Below, in pieces: positions 10,512-20,900 of a stretch of 62,851 nt of DNA. The notes beneath the pieces are model-generated. The model was not told the origin of the DNA. It ran no database searches and saw only the letters and a program-made list of their open reading frames with translations. Within the stretch, counting starts at the first letter, position 1, and the number at the start of each line of letters is the position of its first letter. The position numbers and the translations under genes are program-made. This stretch comes from Clostridia bacterium (GTDB taxonomy: Bacteria > Bacillota > Clostridia > Christensenellales > DTU072). The DNA is taken from positions 1 to 62,851 of the forward strand of contig JAFXIQ010000001.1 in assembly GCA_017533005.1 (NCBI GenBank), read 5' to 3'.

Positions 10512-11930
10512 ATGGAAAAGAAAAACAAACTCGAGAAAAGATATGGTTTATTCGTGGCAATCTGTATGGTTGTCGGTATCGTTATCGGTTCAGGTATATT
10601 CTTCAAGGCTGAAGAAGTCCTTAAATACACCGAAAACAATATGATGCTAGGTGTTTTTTCCTGGCTACTAGGTGGATTGGTTATGGTAGGTTCTGCGAAT
10701 ATGTTCGCACAATTTGCTACCAAACACTCCAAATGTAACGGCATCGTAGACTATGCAGAAGCTTACGTCGGTAAGAAATTCGCCTACTTCTTGGCGAGCT
10801 TCCTATCATTTATGCTCTATCCGTCCATGACGTCGGTATTAGGTTGGGTTTCCGCTAGATACACCCTCGAATTATTCGGACACTACGATATAACTTCTAA
10901 CCTTACTCTAGTGGTTGCGATTGCATACATATTAGCAATTTTCTCACTAAACATGTTCACACCTAAACTCGCTGGTGTTTTCCAAGTAAGTTCCACTACC
11001 GTCAAGCTTGTTCCACTATGTTTAATCGCAGTAGTCGGCTTAATCGTAGGCCTCATTAACGGCAATACGGCAACAGCTTTTTCACACGCTTCCAACAAAA
11101 CAAATCCCGCTTCTATGTTGTCAGCAATTTGTGCTTGCGCATTCGCTTACGAGGGTTGGATAATCGCAACTTCTATAAATTCAGAGCTAAAGAATCCAAA
11201 GAAAAACCTGCCTATAGCTCTCATTTGTGGTTGCTCGGTAATCGTAGTTATTTACGTATTGTACTTTATAGGCCTTGCTGGTGCGGTTAATATTGATACA
11301 CTTAACAGCTCTAGTGATTCTATTGCAGATATGGCAATCAAAGCACTTTTCGGCACCTTCGCAGGTACGGTACTTAAAGTCTTTATCGTTGTTTCTTGTC
11401 TAGGTACTCTCAACGGTTTGATGGTTGCTTCTTGTAGATCACAATACTTCATTGCGGTTAGAAACCAAGGTTTCCTACGCGAAAAAATGTCTAAAATTTC
11501 ACCCAAGTTCAATATGCCTATGTACTCGGGCTTCTTCGGTTTAATTTTAGTATTTTTATGGTTCGTGTACTTCTTCTTTGGCTTCTTAAAAGGTGGTACT
11601 TGGCTCTTTAACTTCGACTCGAGCGAACTACCTATTTTAACAACTTATCCATTGTATATTCCAATCTACGTTGGATATATTAAAGAGTTAAAAAAGACCA
11701 ACGGTAAATTAACCTTCAAAACTTTAATTTCACCCATCATCGCCATTATCTGCTCTGCGTTCATGTTGGTATGTACCGTTTATGCACACGGAGTTAAGCC
11801 TATGATGGAATCAAATGAATTCAATCTACCACTACTATTCTACTTGATTATTTTAGCAATCATTATGCTAATAACCTATTTGGTAAATATGAAAAAATTC
11901 GACGATTACCTTCCCATTGACGAGGAATAA
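10512..11930 (+). CDS. APC-superfamily amino acid permease
   Basis: 472 aa, about 12 TM segments, N-terminal GSGIFFK motif typical of amino acid/polyamine/organocation permeases. Starts 2 nt after the dnaE stop. Confidence 0.8.
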   Translation: MEKKNKLEKRYGLFVAICMVVGIVIGSGIFFKAEEVLKYTENNMMLGVFSWLLGGLVMVGSANMFAQFATKHSKCNGIVDYAEAYVGKKFAYFLASFLSFMLYPSMTSVLGWVSARYTLELFGHYDITSNLTLVVAIAYILAIFSLNMFTPKLAGVFQVSSTTVKLVPLCLIAVVGLIVGLINGNTATAFSHASNKTNPASMLSAICACAFAYEGWIIATSINSELKNPKKNLPIALICGCSVIVVIYVLYFIGLAGAVNIDTLNSSSDSIADMAIKALFGTFAGTVLKVFIVVSCLGTLNGLMVASCRSQYFIAVRNQGFLREKMSKISPKFNMPMYSGFFGLILVFLWFVYFFFGFLKGGTWLFNFDSSELPILTTYPLYIPIYVGYIKELKKTNGKLTFKTLISPIIAIICSAFMLVCTVYAHGVKPMMESNEFNLPLLFYLIILAIIMLITYLVNMKKFDDYLPIDEE

Positions 11931-11964
11931 AGCAATTCGTCGAACTCAATTTGACTTAAATATA

Positions 11965-12777
11965 TTAATCTTTTAGCGCATAATTATTTATTAAATATGC
12001 GACTCCGTCATCTACGTTAGCAGGTATTATCACGTCGGCAACGGCTCTCGCTTCTTGTGAGCCGTTAGCTACGACTGCGCCTAGTCCCGCATATTCAATC
12101 ATAGGTATGTCGTTCTGACTATCGCCTATACAAATAACTTCTTCCCTTTTAATTCCCAAGCTCTCTGCTAAATTCTTAACAGCTTGTCCCTTGTTGACGT
12201 GCTTGTTTATTATTTCGATAATGAACGGTTTAGATGTATTGATAAGTACTTCTTCTCCGAATTCCCTATTCAAACTAGCCATATATTCCTTAACTTTTGA
12301 CGGCTCGCAAACCAATAACATTTTAACCGGCGAAAGGTCTTTTTTGATTATGTATTCTGTTAAAGGTGCTCCACTTACTATCATATCCTTCTTGGTAAAA
12401 CGTGAATACAACAAGCTATAATCGGTGACTTTTTCTACCACAAACGTATCGTCGTCATAAATTTGATAGTAAAGATTTTGCTCTTCTAAAAAGCGTGCTA
12501 TAGCTAGCGCTGTTTCTTTTTTTATTGGAGTAGTGCGCAAAAATTCGCCACTCTCAATATCAGCAATAACTGCGCCTTGGTATCCTATAAGCTCGCCTTT
12601 GAGTCCCAAATCTCGAGCATAGTCAATTATAGCAGAAATCATTCTTCCTGTCGCAAATACAAATATTCCACCCTTTGCTCGGTAGTCTGCAACTGCTTTT
12701 CTAAAAGCATCACTCATTACTTGACTGTCGTCGACAATGGTATCGTCAAAGTCGGATACTATTAGTTTATACTTCAT
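11965..12777 (-). CDS. Cof-type HAD-IIB sugar-phosphate phosphatase
   Basis: HAD motif I (LIVSDFDDT), motif II (ATGR) and motif IV (GDSQNDIPM). I prefer ATG 12777 (AGGAGA SD 7 nt upstream, MKYKLIVSDFDDT) to the track start 12870, which would run 100 nt into uvrC. Confidence 0.82.
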   Translation of the reverse strand: MKYKLIVSDFDDTIVDDSQVMSDAFRKAVADYRAKGGIFVFATGRMISAIIDYARDLGLKGELIGYQGAVIADIESGEFLRTTPIKKETALAIARFLEEQNLYYQIYDDDTFVVEKVTDYSLLYSRFTKKDMIVSGAPLTEYIIKKDLSPVKMLLVCEPSKVKEYMASLNREFGEEVLINTSKPFIIEIINKHVNKGQAVKNLAESLGIKREEVICIGDSQNDIPMIEYAGLGAVVANGSQEARAVADVIIPANVDDGVAYLINNYALKD

Positions 12778-14584
12778 CACTAGTTCTCCTAAAGTAGTCG
12801 TATACTGCTTGGGCTTGCTTCTTTGAAAAACCCTTGATTTCCATAATTTCTTCCACAGATGCTTCAGCAATTTTTTCTATCTTTTTGAAATGCGTAAGAA
12901 GCTGTCTTGCTCTCGTATCGCCTATTCCTTCTATATTCTTTAGATTCGAACGTGTTTGACGTGCTTTGCGAAGCGTTCTGTGATAGGTAATAGCAAATCT
13001 ATGCGCTTCATCCCTTATTCTTTGACATAGCTTCAATGCGAGAGAATCTCTAGGCAATACGTGTGGCTCGCTTTCGTTAGGCTTGAATAATTCTTCTTCG
13101 CGTTTAGCAAGCCCTACCACTTCTATATCGTACGGCTCGATAACTGCATACGCTGAAGAAAGCTGACCTTTTCCACCATCTACAATAATTAAATCCGGTT
13201 TATCAGAAAAACTAACGTCCGTGGAGTCTAGCTCGTTAAGTCTTCTCGTAACGACTTCTTTCATTGACGCAAAGTCATCTATCCCACTAACCGTTTTTAT
13301 TCTAAACCTTCTATACATTTCCCTAGCAGGCTCGCCGTTGATAAACACTACCATACTAGCGACTTTATCCGTACCACTGATGTTAGAAATATCATAGCAT
13401 TCCATACGCTTTGGTGGGGTTTTAAGCTCTAACATTTCCTTGAGCTGACTAACTGCTCCAAGCGTTAAAGCTTCTGCTGTAGCTACACGCGCTGTAGCCT
13501 TCTCTAAATGCTCTGAAGCGTTATTTTGCGACAACTCGACAAGTTGCTTTCTTATACCACCTTTCGGGCAAATTAGGTTCAATTTCGAGCCTTTTTTATG
13601 CGACAAGTAGTCTTGTAATTCCACAGCAAACGGTAATTCGTGCGAAACGCAAATTTCTTCGCATATTATGGGGTTTTTCTCGTAAAACTGCATAACATAG
13701 TTAGACAAAGCGTCTTCACTCTCACCAATTTCGTTAACGGCAAAGTTCTCTGAACCTAAAATCTTACCACCTCTTACAACAAGATAGTTTACAACTGAAT
13801 ATATTCCGTTAGTAACCAATGTAAAGACGTCTAGATTTAAATCGCGTGGAAGATTAGCAATTTGTTTTCTAATAAGTTTATCGAGAAGAGCTAAACTGTC
13901 ACGGTAAACGATAGCAAGTTCAAATTCCTCGTTTTCTATTGCGCGAGCGAGCTTTTCATTCAAAAGTGCTTTTGCCTTTTTATCGTCCCCTGATAAAAAG
14001 TTCATAACTTCTTTAATGGTTTCGCGGTATTCTTCCTTGCTGACTCTACCCGTGCACGGAGCTAAACATCTACCTATATGATAATTTAAGCATTCGCGTT
14101 GCGCGTGCCTTTTGAAATCGCTCTGACAGCTTCTAACCGGATAAATGCTGTGCAATAAATCCATAATACTGCTAGCCGAAAGCCCCAACATATACGGGCC
14201 GTAATATTTGCTTCCGTCGGCTTTTAATTTGCGTGTAACGCTAATTCTAGGGAAGTCTTCGTTTACACTAACTTTTATATATGGATATGTCTTGTCATCC
14301 TTCAAAAGAATGTTATAATACGGCTTATGCTCTTTTATAAGGTTGTTTTCCAAAACAAGTGCTTCCACTTCGGTATTAGTGATTATATACCTGAAATCTG
14401 CGATTTTTTCCACAAGGAGCATAGTCTTTTCGGTCTTTGTAGTGGAATTTTGGAAATATTGTCTTACCCTATTGCGAAGATTTTTGGCTTTGCCGACATA
14501 CAAAATTTGCCCGAACTCATCGAGCATAATATAAACGCCTGGCGCGAGTGGTAATTCTCTTAACTTATCCGAAAAATCTCTCAT
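12767..14584 (-). CDS. uvrC: excinuclease ABC subunit C
   Basis: GIY-YIG N-terminus (GVYIMLDEFGQILYVGKAKNLRNRVRQYF), UVR domain, Endo V-like domain and C-terminal HhH2 (IEGIGDTRARQLL). Confidence 0.95.
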   Translation of the reverse strand: MRDFSDKLRELPLAPGVYIMLDEFGQILYVGKAKNLRNRVRQYFQNSTTKTEKTMLLVEKIADFRYIITNTEVEALVLENNLIKEHKPYYNILLKDDKTYPYIKVSVNEDFPRISVTRKLKADGSKYYGPYMLGLSASSIMDLLHSIYPVRSCQSDFKRHAQRECLNYHIGRCLAPCTGRVSKEEYRETIKEVMNFLSGDDKKAKALLNEKLARAIENEEFELAIVYRDSLALLDKLIRKQIANLPRDLNLDVFTLVTNGIYSVVNYLVVRGGKILGSENFAVNEIGESEDALSNYVMQFYEKNPIICEEICVSHELPFAVELQDYLSHKKGSKLNLICPKGGIRKQLVELSQNNASEHLEKATARVATAEALTLGAVSQLKEMLELKTPPKRMECYDISNISGTDKVASMVVFINGEPAREMYRRFRIKTVSGIDDFASMKEVVTRRLNELDSTDVSFSDKPDLIIVDGGKGQLSSAYAVIEPYDIEVVGLAKREEELFKPNESEPHVLPRDSLALKLCQRIRDEAHRFAITYHRTLRKARQTRSNLKNIEGIGDTRARQLLTHFKKIEKIAEASVEEIMEIKGFSKKQAQAVYDYFRRTSDEV

Positions 14585-14684
14585 AACAATATCTTATATT
14601 GTTAACTAATCATTGTCAAGTCCTACGTTAAATTACGAAACAATAATAAAAATATGCGATATTCAAACAGCGCGCAAAAAATGC

Positions 14685-14714
14685 TTGCTAAACAAAGTTA
14701 GCCTATGTTATACT
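14685..14714 (+). promoter_or_regulatory. sigma70-like promoter for tRNA-Glu
   Basis: TTGCTA (14685-14690), 18-nt spacer, TATACT (14709-14714). The tRNA starts 15 nt downstream. Confidence 0.45.
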
Positions 14715-14728
14715 TAACAAGCTGAAAT

Positions 14729-14803
14729 GCCCTCATGGTCAAGTGGTCAAGACTCCGCCCTCTCACGGCGGCTACAGGGGTTCGAATCCCCTTGAGGGTG
14801 CCA
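14729..14803 (+). tRNA. tRNA-Glu (anticodon CUC)
   Basis: Folded by hand into a cloverleaf. Acceptor GCCCTCA/TGAGGGT (G1-U72 wobble), anticodon stem CCGCC/GGCGG with loop CTCTCAC (CTC), T arm AGGGG-TTCGAAT-CCCCT, encoded CCA. Confidence 0.85.
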
Positions 14804-14811
14804 ATATTACT

Positions 14812-14846
14812 CCCAATCGACTATTCGGTTGGGATTTTTATTTTTA
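14812..14846 (+). terminator. rho-independent terminator after tRNA-Glu
   Basis: Stem CCCAATCG / CGGTTGGG (one G-U) with 6-nt loop, followed by ATTTTTATTTTT. Confidence 0.65.
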
Positions 14847-14863
14847 TGAATACTATTAAACGT

Positions 14864-14891
14864 AAAAGCTAACGATTTCTCGTTAGCTTTT
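14864..14891. terminator. bidirectional hairpin terminator (giant gene on the - strand, tRNA side on +)
   Basis: AAAAGCTAACGA-TTTC-TCGTTAGCTTTT, a 12-bp perfect stem flanked by A/T runs, 30 nt downstream of the giant gene's stop (14921). Confidence 0.6.
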
Positions 14892-14920
14892 CGTTTGTTT
14901 ATTGTTATCTTTTCGCTTTA

Positions 14921-17900
14921 TTATAGCGCGGGGACTAGGCTATCTGTGGATAGCGTTTGGTCTTCGATTAGGTTGCCCCTTGCCGTATCATAGTTATAAA
15001 GCGTAATTTCATCACCGTTCAAGGTGATTGCACTATAAGAATAGTTAGTTACGAATTGTGATACCGTGCGAACGTTGGTTTCTTTCATGTAGTTTATGGA
15101 AGCCGTGTCTACGATATATCCACCTTCGCCACCATTTGCTGCATCGCTATAGATATCCGTGTACCAGCCGTAACCACTATTGAAGTATGGGAAGTAACAT
15201 TCACTCGTTGTGCTATTTATGCCATCACTAATAGTAATCGTAACCGCACCGTAGCTCAAGATAAAGCCTTCTGATTCACTAAATGCAGTTAAGCTTACGC
15301 CTTCTCTTACTAGGTTCGATGAAGTAGTTCTTCTAGCTCCATCGAAGCTCGCTGTTATCGTATAGAGCTTGTCTTTTTCAAGCATACCGTTTGCAAATGC
15401 TGAAACGTCGATTTCTTGTGCTAGATAAGCGTTTTCACCATCGTAGAATACGAATACTAGCTTGTCGTTTGTCGCTACTAGTTTAACACCACGCTTGTTA
15501 TCAGCTTCAAGTCTACTATAGATGCTCTTCAAATCGATTTCATAGCTTGCGTCTTGGGTAGCCTTGTCATTCAACTTGAACTTAACGAGCATATTGTTAT
15601 AGCTACTGAATAACGTATTATTTCTTGCATCGGATTGAGCTACCACCGAGGTGTTTGCCGTGTCGCCTATTACGTTACCGTCTACTTCGTTTCTCATAAC
15701 GTAGTTACCATCGATTAGGTAATCGTTATCGAATTCCGGAGTTGGGTTAGCTACTACGTTGTATAGAGTTAGCTTATGTGCAAATCCGTAAATTGACGTA
15801 TGCGTATTTACGCCACTCTTCAATGCGTTCTCAATTATGGCTCTTACGTCGACTTTCGTGGTGTTAGCAGCTTCACTGTAAGAAGTTCCGAGTTTCATTT
15901 CAGTGTTGTTATCGATATATTCATCAGCAATCGGAGTTCCGTTTCTATAAATGATAACTTTAATGCCAACGTTACCACTCAATGCGCCCATATCGTCAAC
16001 ATTACCACTAGCGTTACCAATTCTATCTGCGTAAATACCGAACGTGTACGTTGCGCCGTCATCATAATTAATCGATTGTGAGAATCTATATACACCGGTT
16101 TGTGAAACTGTGTTGCCAGAAAGTACGTACTTATTAACAGCTACTAAATCCGTTGCAAACGAGTAGCTTGATTCACTTTGCGTTCTTGTTATCTTGAGTG
16201 AAATACCCCTACCGGAACTGCCTATTTGCGTCACGTCTCCCCATGATGCAGTATTGAACATACTAATTGAAATGGGGTACTGTCTTTCGCTATTTTGTAG
16301 CTCATAAACTGTTTGGCCTGATTGACTGTGGTATAGTTTAGTTCTTTCAATCTTGGTAGTTACTTCTAACGCAGTTATCGGCATAAAGTCGTCGTTTGCG
16401 TCAATAGCTTTGAGCTCATAGTTGATTGCAGAACCATCGTACGAGCCAACGTCTTCTGAGACTACGTTCTCATCTTTTTCGAATAGTCTCAAGACGTTAT
16501 TGCCACTCAATTCAAACGTATCGTTATCCTTTATGATTAAGACTTCTGCAGGAGCATAAGATACTTTTACGTAACGGACGTCTTTTGCAAGCAAGGTTTC
16601 TGTTTCGCCGTTTACTTCATATAGAAGTGCAACTACTGCGTTCTTGCCTTCTTCAAGAGTGAGTCTTGCTGCGGTATCACCATATTTAACTACGGTAGGC
16701 TCACTGCCGTTATTTACATAGTATTTAATTACGTAGTTTTCTAGAGTAGGTACTGCGGAGTCAAACATATCAGTAGTGTTGATAGTTGCGCTCGTTGCTC
16801 CACTTGATACGCTTACTACTAAAGTATTTTCGCCGTCAACTTGTGGTCTAATAAACGTGCCTACGTTATCGTTGTAACCTTGTGTTGCATAAGCAAACTT
16901 TCTTAAATACATCGTTACGTTAGTCGTTTCGAATGCAACGCTTGAGTTCTCTACGATGTCGGAAATAACGTCAACAACACCCGATACTGATTGTATTGCG
17001 CCAGACTTATTGTCGACAGCAATTCTTACGGTACCAGCCCTCTTTTCTAGGTAAACCTTTATATTGTGTGCATTACCATCGAACAAGTTGTTTGCGGGGA
17101 GCTTGTATTGTACGTACTTTATTGTTCCACTGTAATTGTAGGCTATGCTTACATAATTGTTATTACTATTATTAAATTCAATCCACATTCCTTTTTCGAA
17201 CGTGCCGTTAATTAATAGTTTGAAGTTATATGCAGAAGCATAATCGCCTACCTTAAATCTAGCCGTTAGGTTAATTCTGTCGTAAATCGCATCGCCAGCC
17301 GTATAAACGCCTTCCTCTAATGCATCACGATACTTAATTCCGTTGCCTAAAGAGTCGGTAAACGTGGGTGAAACGGTTTCTATCGTTTGCTTGCTACCAT
17401 TGTAATATCTAACTACGATAGTCTTTTCACCTATCGATTTGTTAGTAACGACTGCATTACTGCTAAACGTGCTACCGAATCTTGCTGTAAATCCTTCGTG
17501 AACAGCTACGAAGTTCGGGTCTTGAGCATAAATCACATACGATTTATCAAGTCTAACCTTAATGTAACCGTTTTGGTTTGCAGAAGTAGGAATGTTTTGC
17601 GCAGTCTTTGTAATGTACGGTGAAGACATTGTGAATTCATGTTCTTGCAAGAGTTCATCAATACCACTCATCTTTATAACGTCTCTAGCGTCGTCTTGGC
17701 CATAAATTAGATATTGGCTAGCGTCAACGTTAAGTGCCGTAATATGTGAGTACAAATTAATCGGCATAGCTTTATACTTCAAGTCGTAGTTGTTCTTGTA
17801 AGTATCCGTAAGTATCATACCGCTTAATTGTGCCGTATGGGTAGAAATGTTTACAACCAAATCGTGTACGTACGTCTTATCGTATGCGCCTATAATCGTT

Positions 17901-20900
17901 CTGGTCATTCCTGTCGTATCTGTCGGACCGAAAGCTGCCTCTGTCATTGAAGCATACTTTCTAAACATTTCTTCTAACTTATCGTCATAACCAGGAGCGG
18001 TTACAATACCTTCGCTACCATCTGCTAGGCAAAGTCTAAAGTCTAAATAGCTATATGCGCCCGACGTGATTTCCGCGGATCTGGCTTTTAATATTTCTTC
18101 TTGACCTTCTGTAACTTTTTCATAGTTTATTTGGACAATATATGGGAAAATATCTACGCCATTGGGGCTGTTTGAATCGTACATAGCGGGGAGTTTGCCA
18201 TCGCTATAACGACTACCATCAATATATACGTAAACCGTTCTCTTTGCAACTTCAACTTCTGTGGTTTGAACGAAATCTACGATATAGTTTTGTGGTTCGC
18301 TGATGAAGTTTACGGAAATTACGTTACCTACTGCTTCTGTTCCGATACTATAGCTACCTGCCATTACTCTGAAGTCAATTACATGTGCATAGGCTCCACC
18401 TATATCAAGGCCTAACTCTTCAGCTGTTTCTTCATTCTTTAGTCCGTTATAAACGAGCTTATATTCTGGAGCTTCGCCGTAAATTGTGCTCAATCTATTC
18501 GTTCCGTTCATTGCTAGAACGTTGAGCGTCAAATTAGCTTTGTTGATGTATAGGCTATATTCCGTCTCGTTATTAATGCTAAAGTCGTAGTTTTCTAAGC
18601 AATATCCACTAGCGTCAAGGTATACGGGTAAAGTTGCTCCCGTAAATGCCGTTAATGGGTCTCTTGCCCTGCTGTTAGCTATGCTATGTTCAGGTTTCTT
18701 TGACAAGAAGTCGAAGTTTCCTAGCGTATAGCCGGTAGGTGTCAATTCGCCTGTTGTTGAATTAATAGCATAAACCATTAATTTTTCCAGATTGTCATCA
18801 ATATTTCCTTCAAATTCTAGATCAACAGTGCTATCACCGTAGGTCTTGTATATCCAACGGTTACTGTCTTGATACTTAATAGTCAAAGGTCTTCTGCTAA
18901 TCTTGATGCTACCAGGAATAATTTTAACAACGTAGTTTTCTATTTGTGCACCCGGTTGTTTATGCGTATAAATATCAGTTGCAGAAATAACGTATTCGCC
19001 TACGCCTACAATTTCGCCTAGTAGTGACGTCTTATCTTCTTCTGAAACGTAGAATAAATACTTAATAAGGTCAGTCTTTATGACGTCTGCGAAATTTTCA
19101 CCATTTCTCAAACCACCAAACGCAGCTCTCAATTTTTCAAGTTTAACAACTTCACTATCACCAGCTTCGATACCTGCTAGTTTACCAATTTTTTCGGTGT
19201 AATCTAGGTTAGGTTCGATATATTGATAGCCTGAATTACCAATATCGGCAACGCCTACTGCATCTCCGTAATAAACCTTAGTGTCAGCATAGCCCATATC
19301 GTTAAGCATAATCGTGAGCAATGCTTGTTTAATGGTATATTTAGCGGAAATAGTTATAGATAAATCATAGTTTGTATTCTCTATAGCTACGTCTCCGATA
19401 AGGATATTGTATTCACCTGCGTTGAAGTTCGTAGGTTCGCTACGTTTCGGATTGCCTATTGCACCTGCATCGTAAATAAAGTAAGTTCTTATGCCGGTTG
19501 CTTCATCAATGAAATAGTCTAATCCAGTCATCGGATCAACTAACGAGTAGTTGATATCAGGTTCTGGAGACGTTGAATTATAATCACCGTAAGTAACTTC
19601 TATATCTTCAACTTTTACAGACAAGGTCTTTGCCGTAATAGTATACGTTCTGTTACTATCAACGTTGAATCCTGTGATTGTAAAGTCTCTATTATAGTCG
19701 CTAACTACAGATTGCATAATGTAGCTACCTTTATCTTTTGCGCTTGTCGTACCCTCTGTTCCGAAAATAAATGCTAAGTATGAATTCTCTCTTTCGATAA
19801 TTCTAAACGCATTGTCTATCGCGCTCTTTGCTGTTAGATATTCAGAAACTGCGTTTTGTACAGAGTTGGTTAGCTCAGAAACAGCATTTCTTAGTCTATT
19901 GTATGCGTTCGATAGGCTGTTCTCTAGGTTGCTGAAGTTTTCTTCCGTTATAACTTTGTCATAGCCGTTATCGTGGTTTTGAATTGCGTAATACGCATTT
20001 TCAACGCTTTCTATAGCAGTTTCTAGAGCTAGTTGTTGTGAAGCAATATCTTTAGAATCAACGTTTGTTACGTCGCTCTTTGCCGTTGCAACCAAATTGG
20101 TTATAGTTTCAAGTTTGCTTTGGAATTCTAGGAAGTTAGAATTTCCTGTACCGTACATGAAGTTACGAACGTATGGTTTATCTCCTGAGAATGCTCTCGG
20201 GAAATTGATATCGTTATACGTTAATGAAGCATTTTGACCGTTGTAAACACGCGTCTTGGATGCTGTTAGTACGCTGAACGCAACCGTCGACTTGGTAATC
20301 TCGTAAATATACGTGTCAGACAAATAAACTGCATAGTTCAAATCTCTGCAAGTGAGTGTTACGCCATATCTACCAACTGCAGTATTATCTTTACCGTCGC
20401 TTGCAGTTTCTCTTGTGAAACTAAATATTAAGCTTTGTGAAGAAACATTTGCATCGGTTTCTGAAATGGTATATGCGTTTATTCTAGGTTGTTGTCCATC
20501 GTATTCCTTAGATAGTTCGTTACTTGGAATTGAAACAGTAACGGTCTTAGGAATAATTCTATATTTATATTCATCTGCAAGAACAAATTCGAAGTTCTTA
20601 TCAGAAGAATTTTCTTTGATATTGATGGAATATGCGTTAATTGCACCATTCTCATCATAAAGTACTTCACTAGGTGCCGATGCACTATTGCCAACTGACA
20701 ACGCAAATGCAGGAATTGGTTCGCCGAAAACTGTATTCGTTACAACTTCGCCGTTAACCTTCAATATACAATCGTTAGCATAAATTTGTGCTTCGAAACC
20801 ATCGTATTCTTTTTCAAATACAAGTGTTGCGTCGGTGTTTAGATTGATATAAATCTTTCTAGGAATAATATTAAAAGTAACTTCTTGATTGTTAGCTTCT

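Noticed and set aside
12778-12870. N-terminal 31-codon extension of the Cof hydrolase ORF
   Set aside because: It would overlap uvrC by about 100 nt. The internal ATG 12777 has an AGGAGA SD and starts directly at the HAD motif I region.
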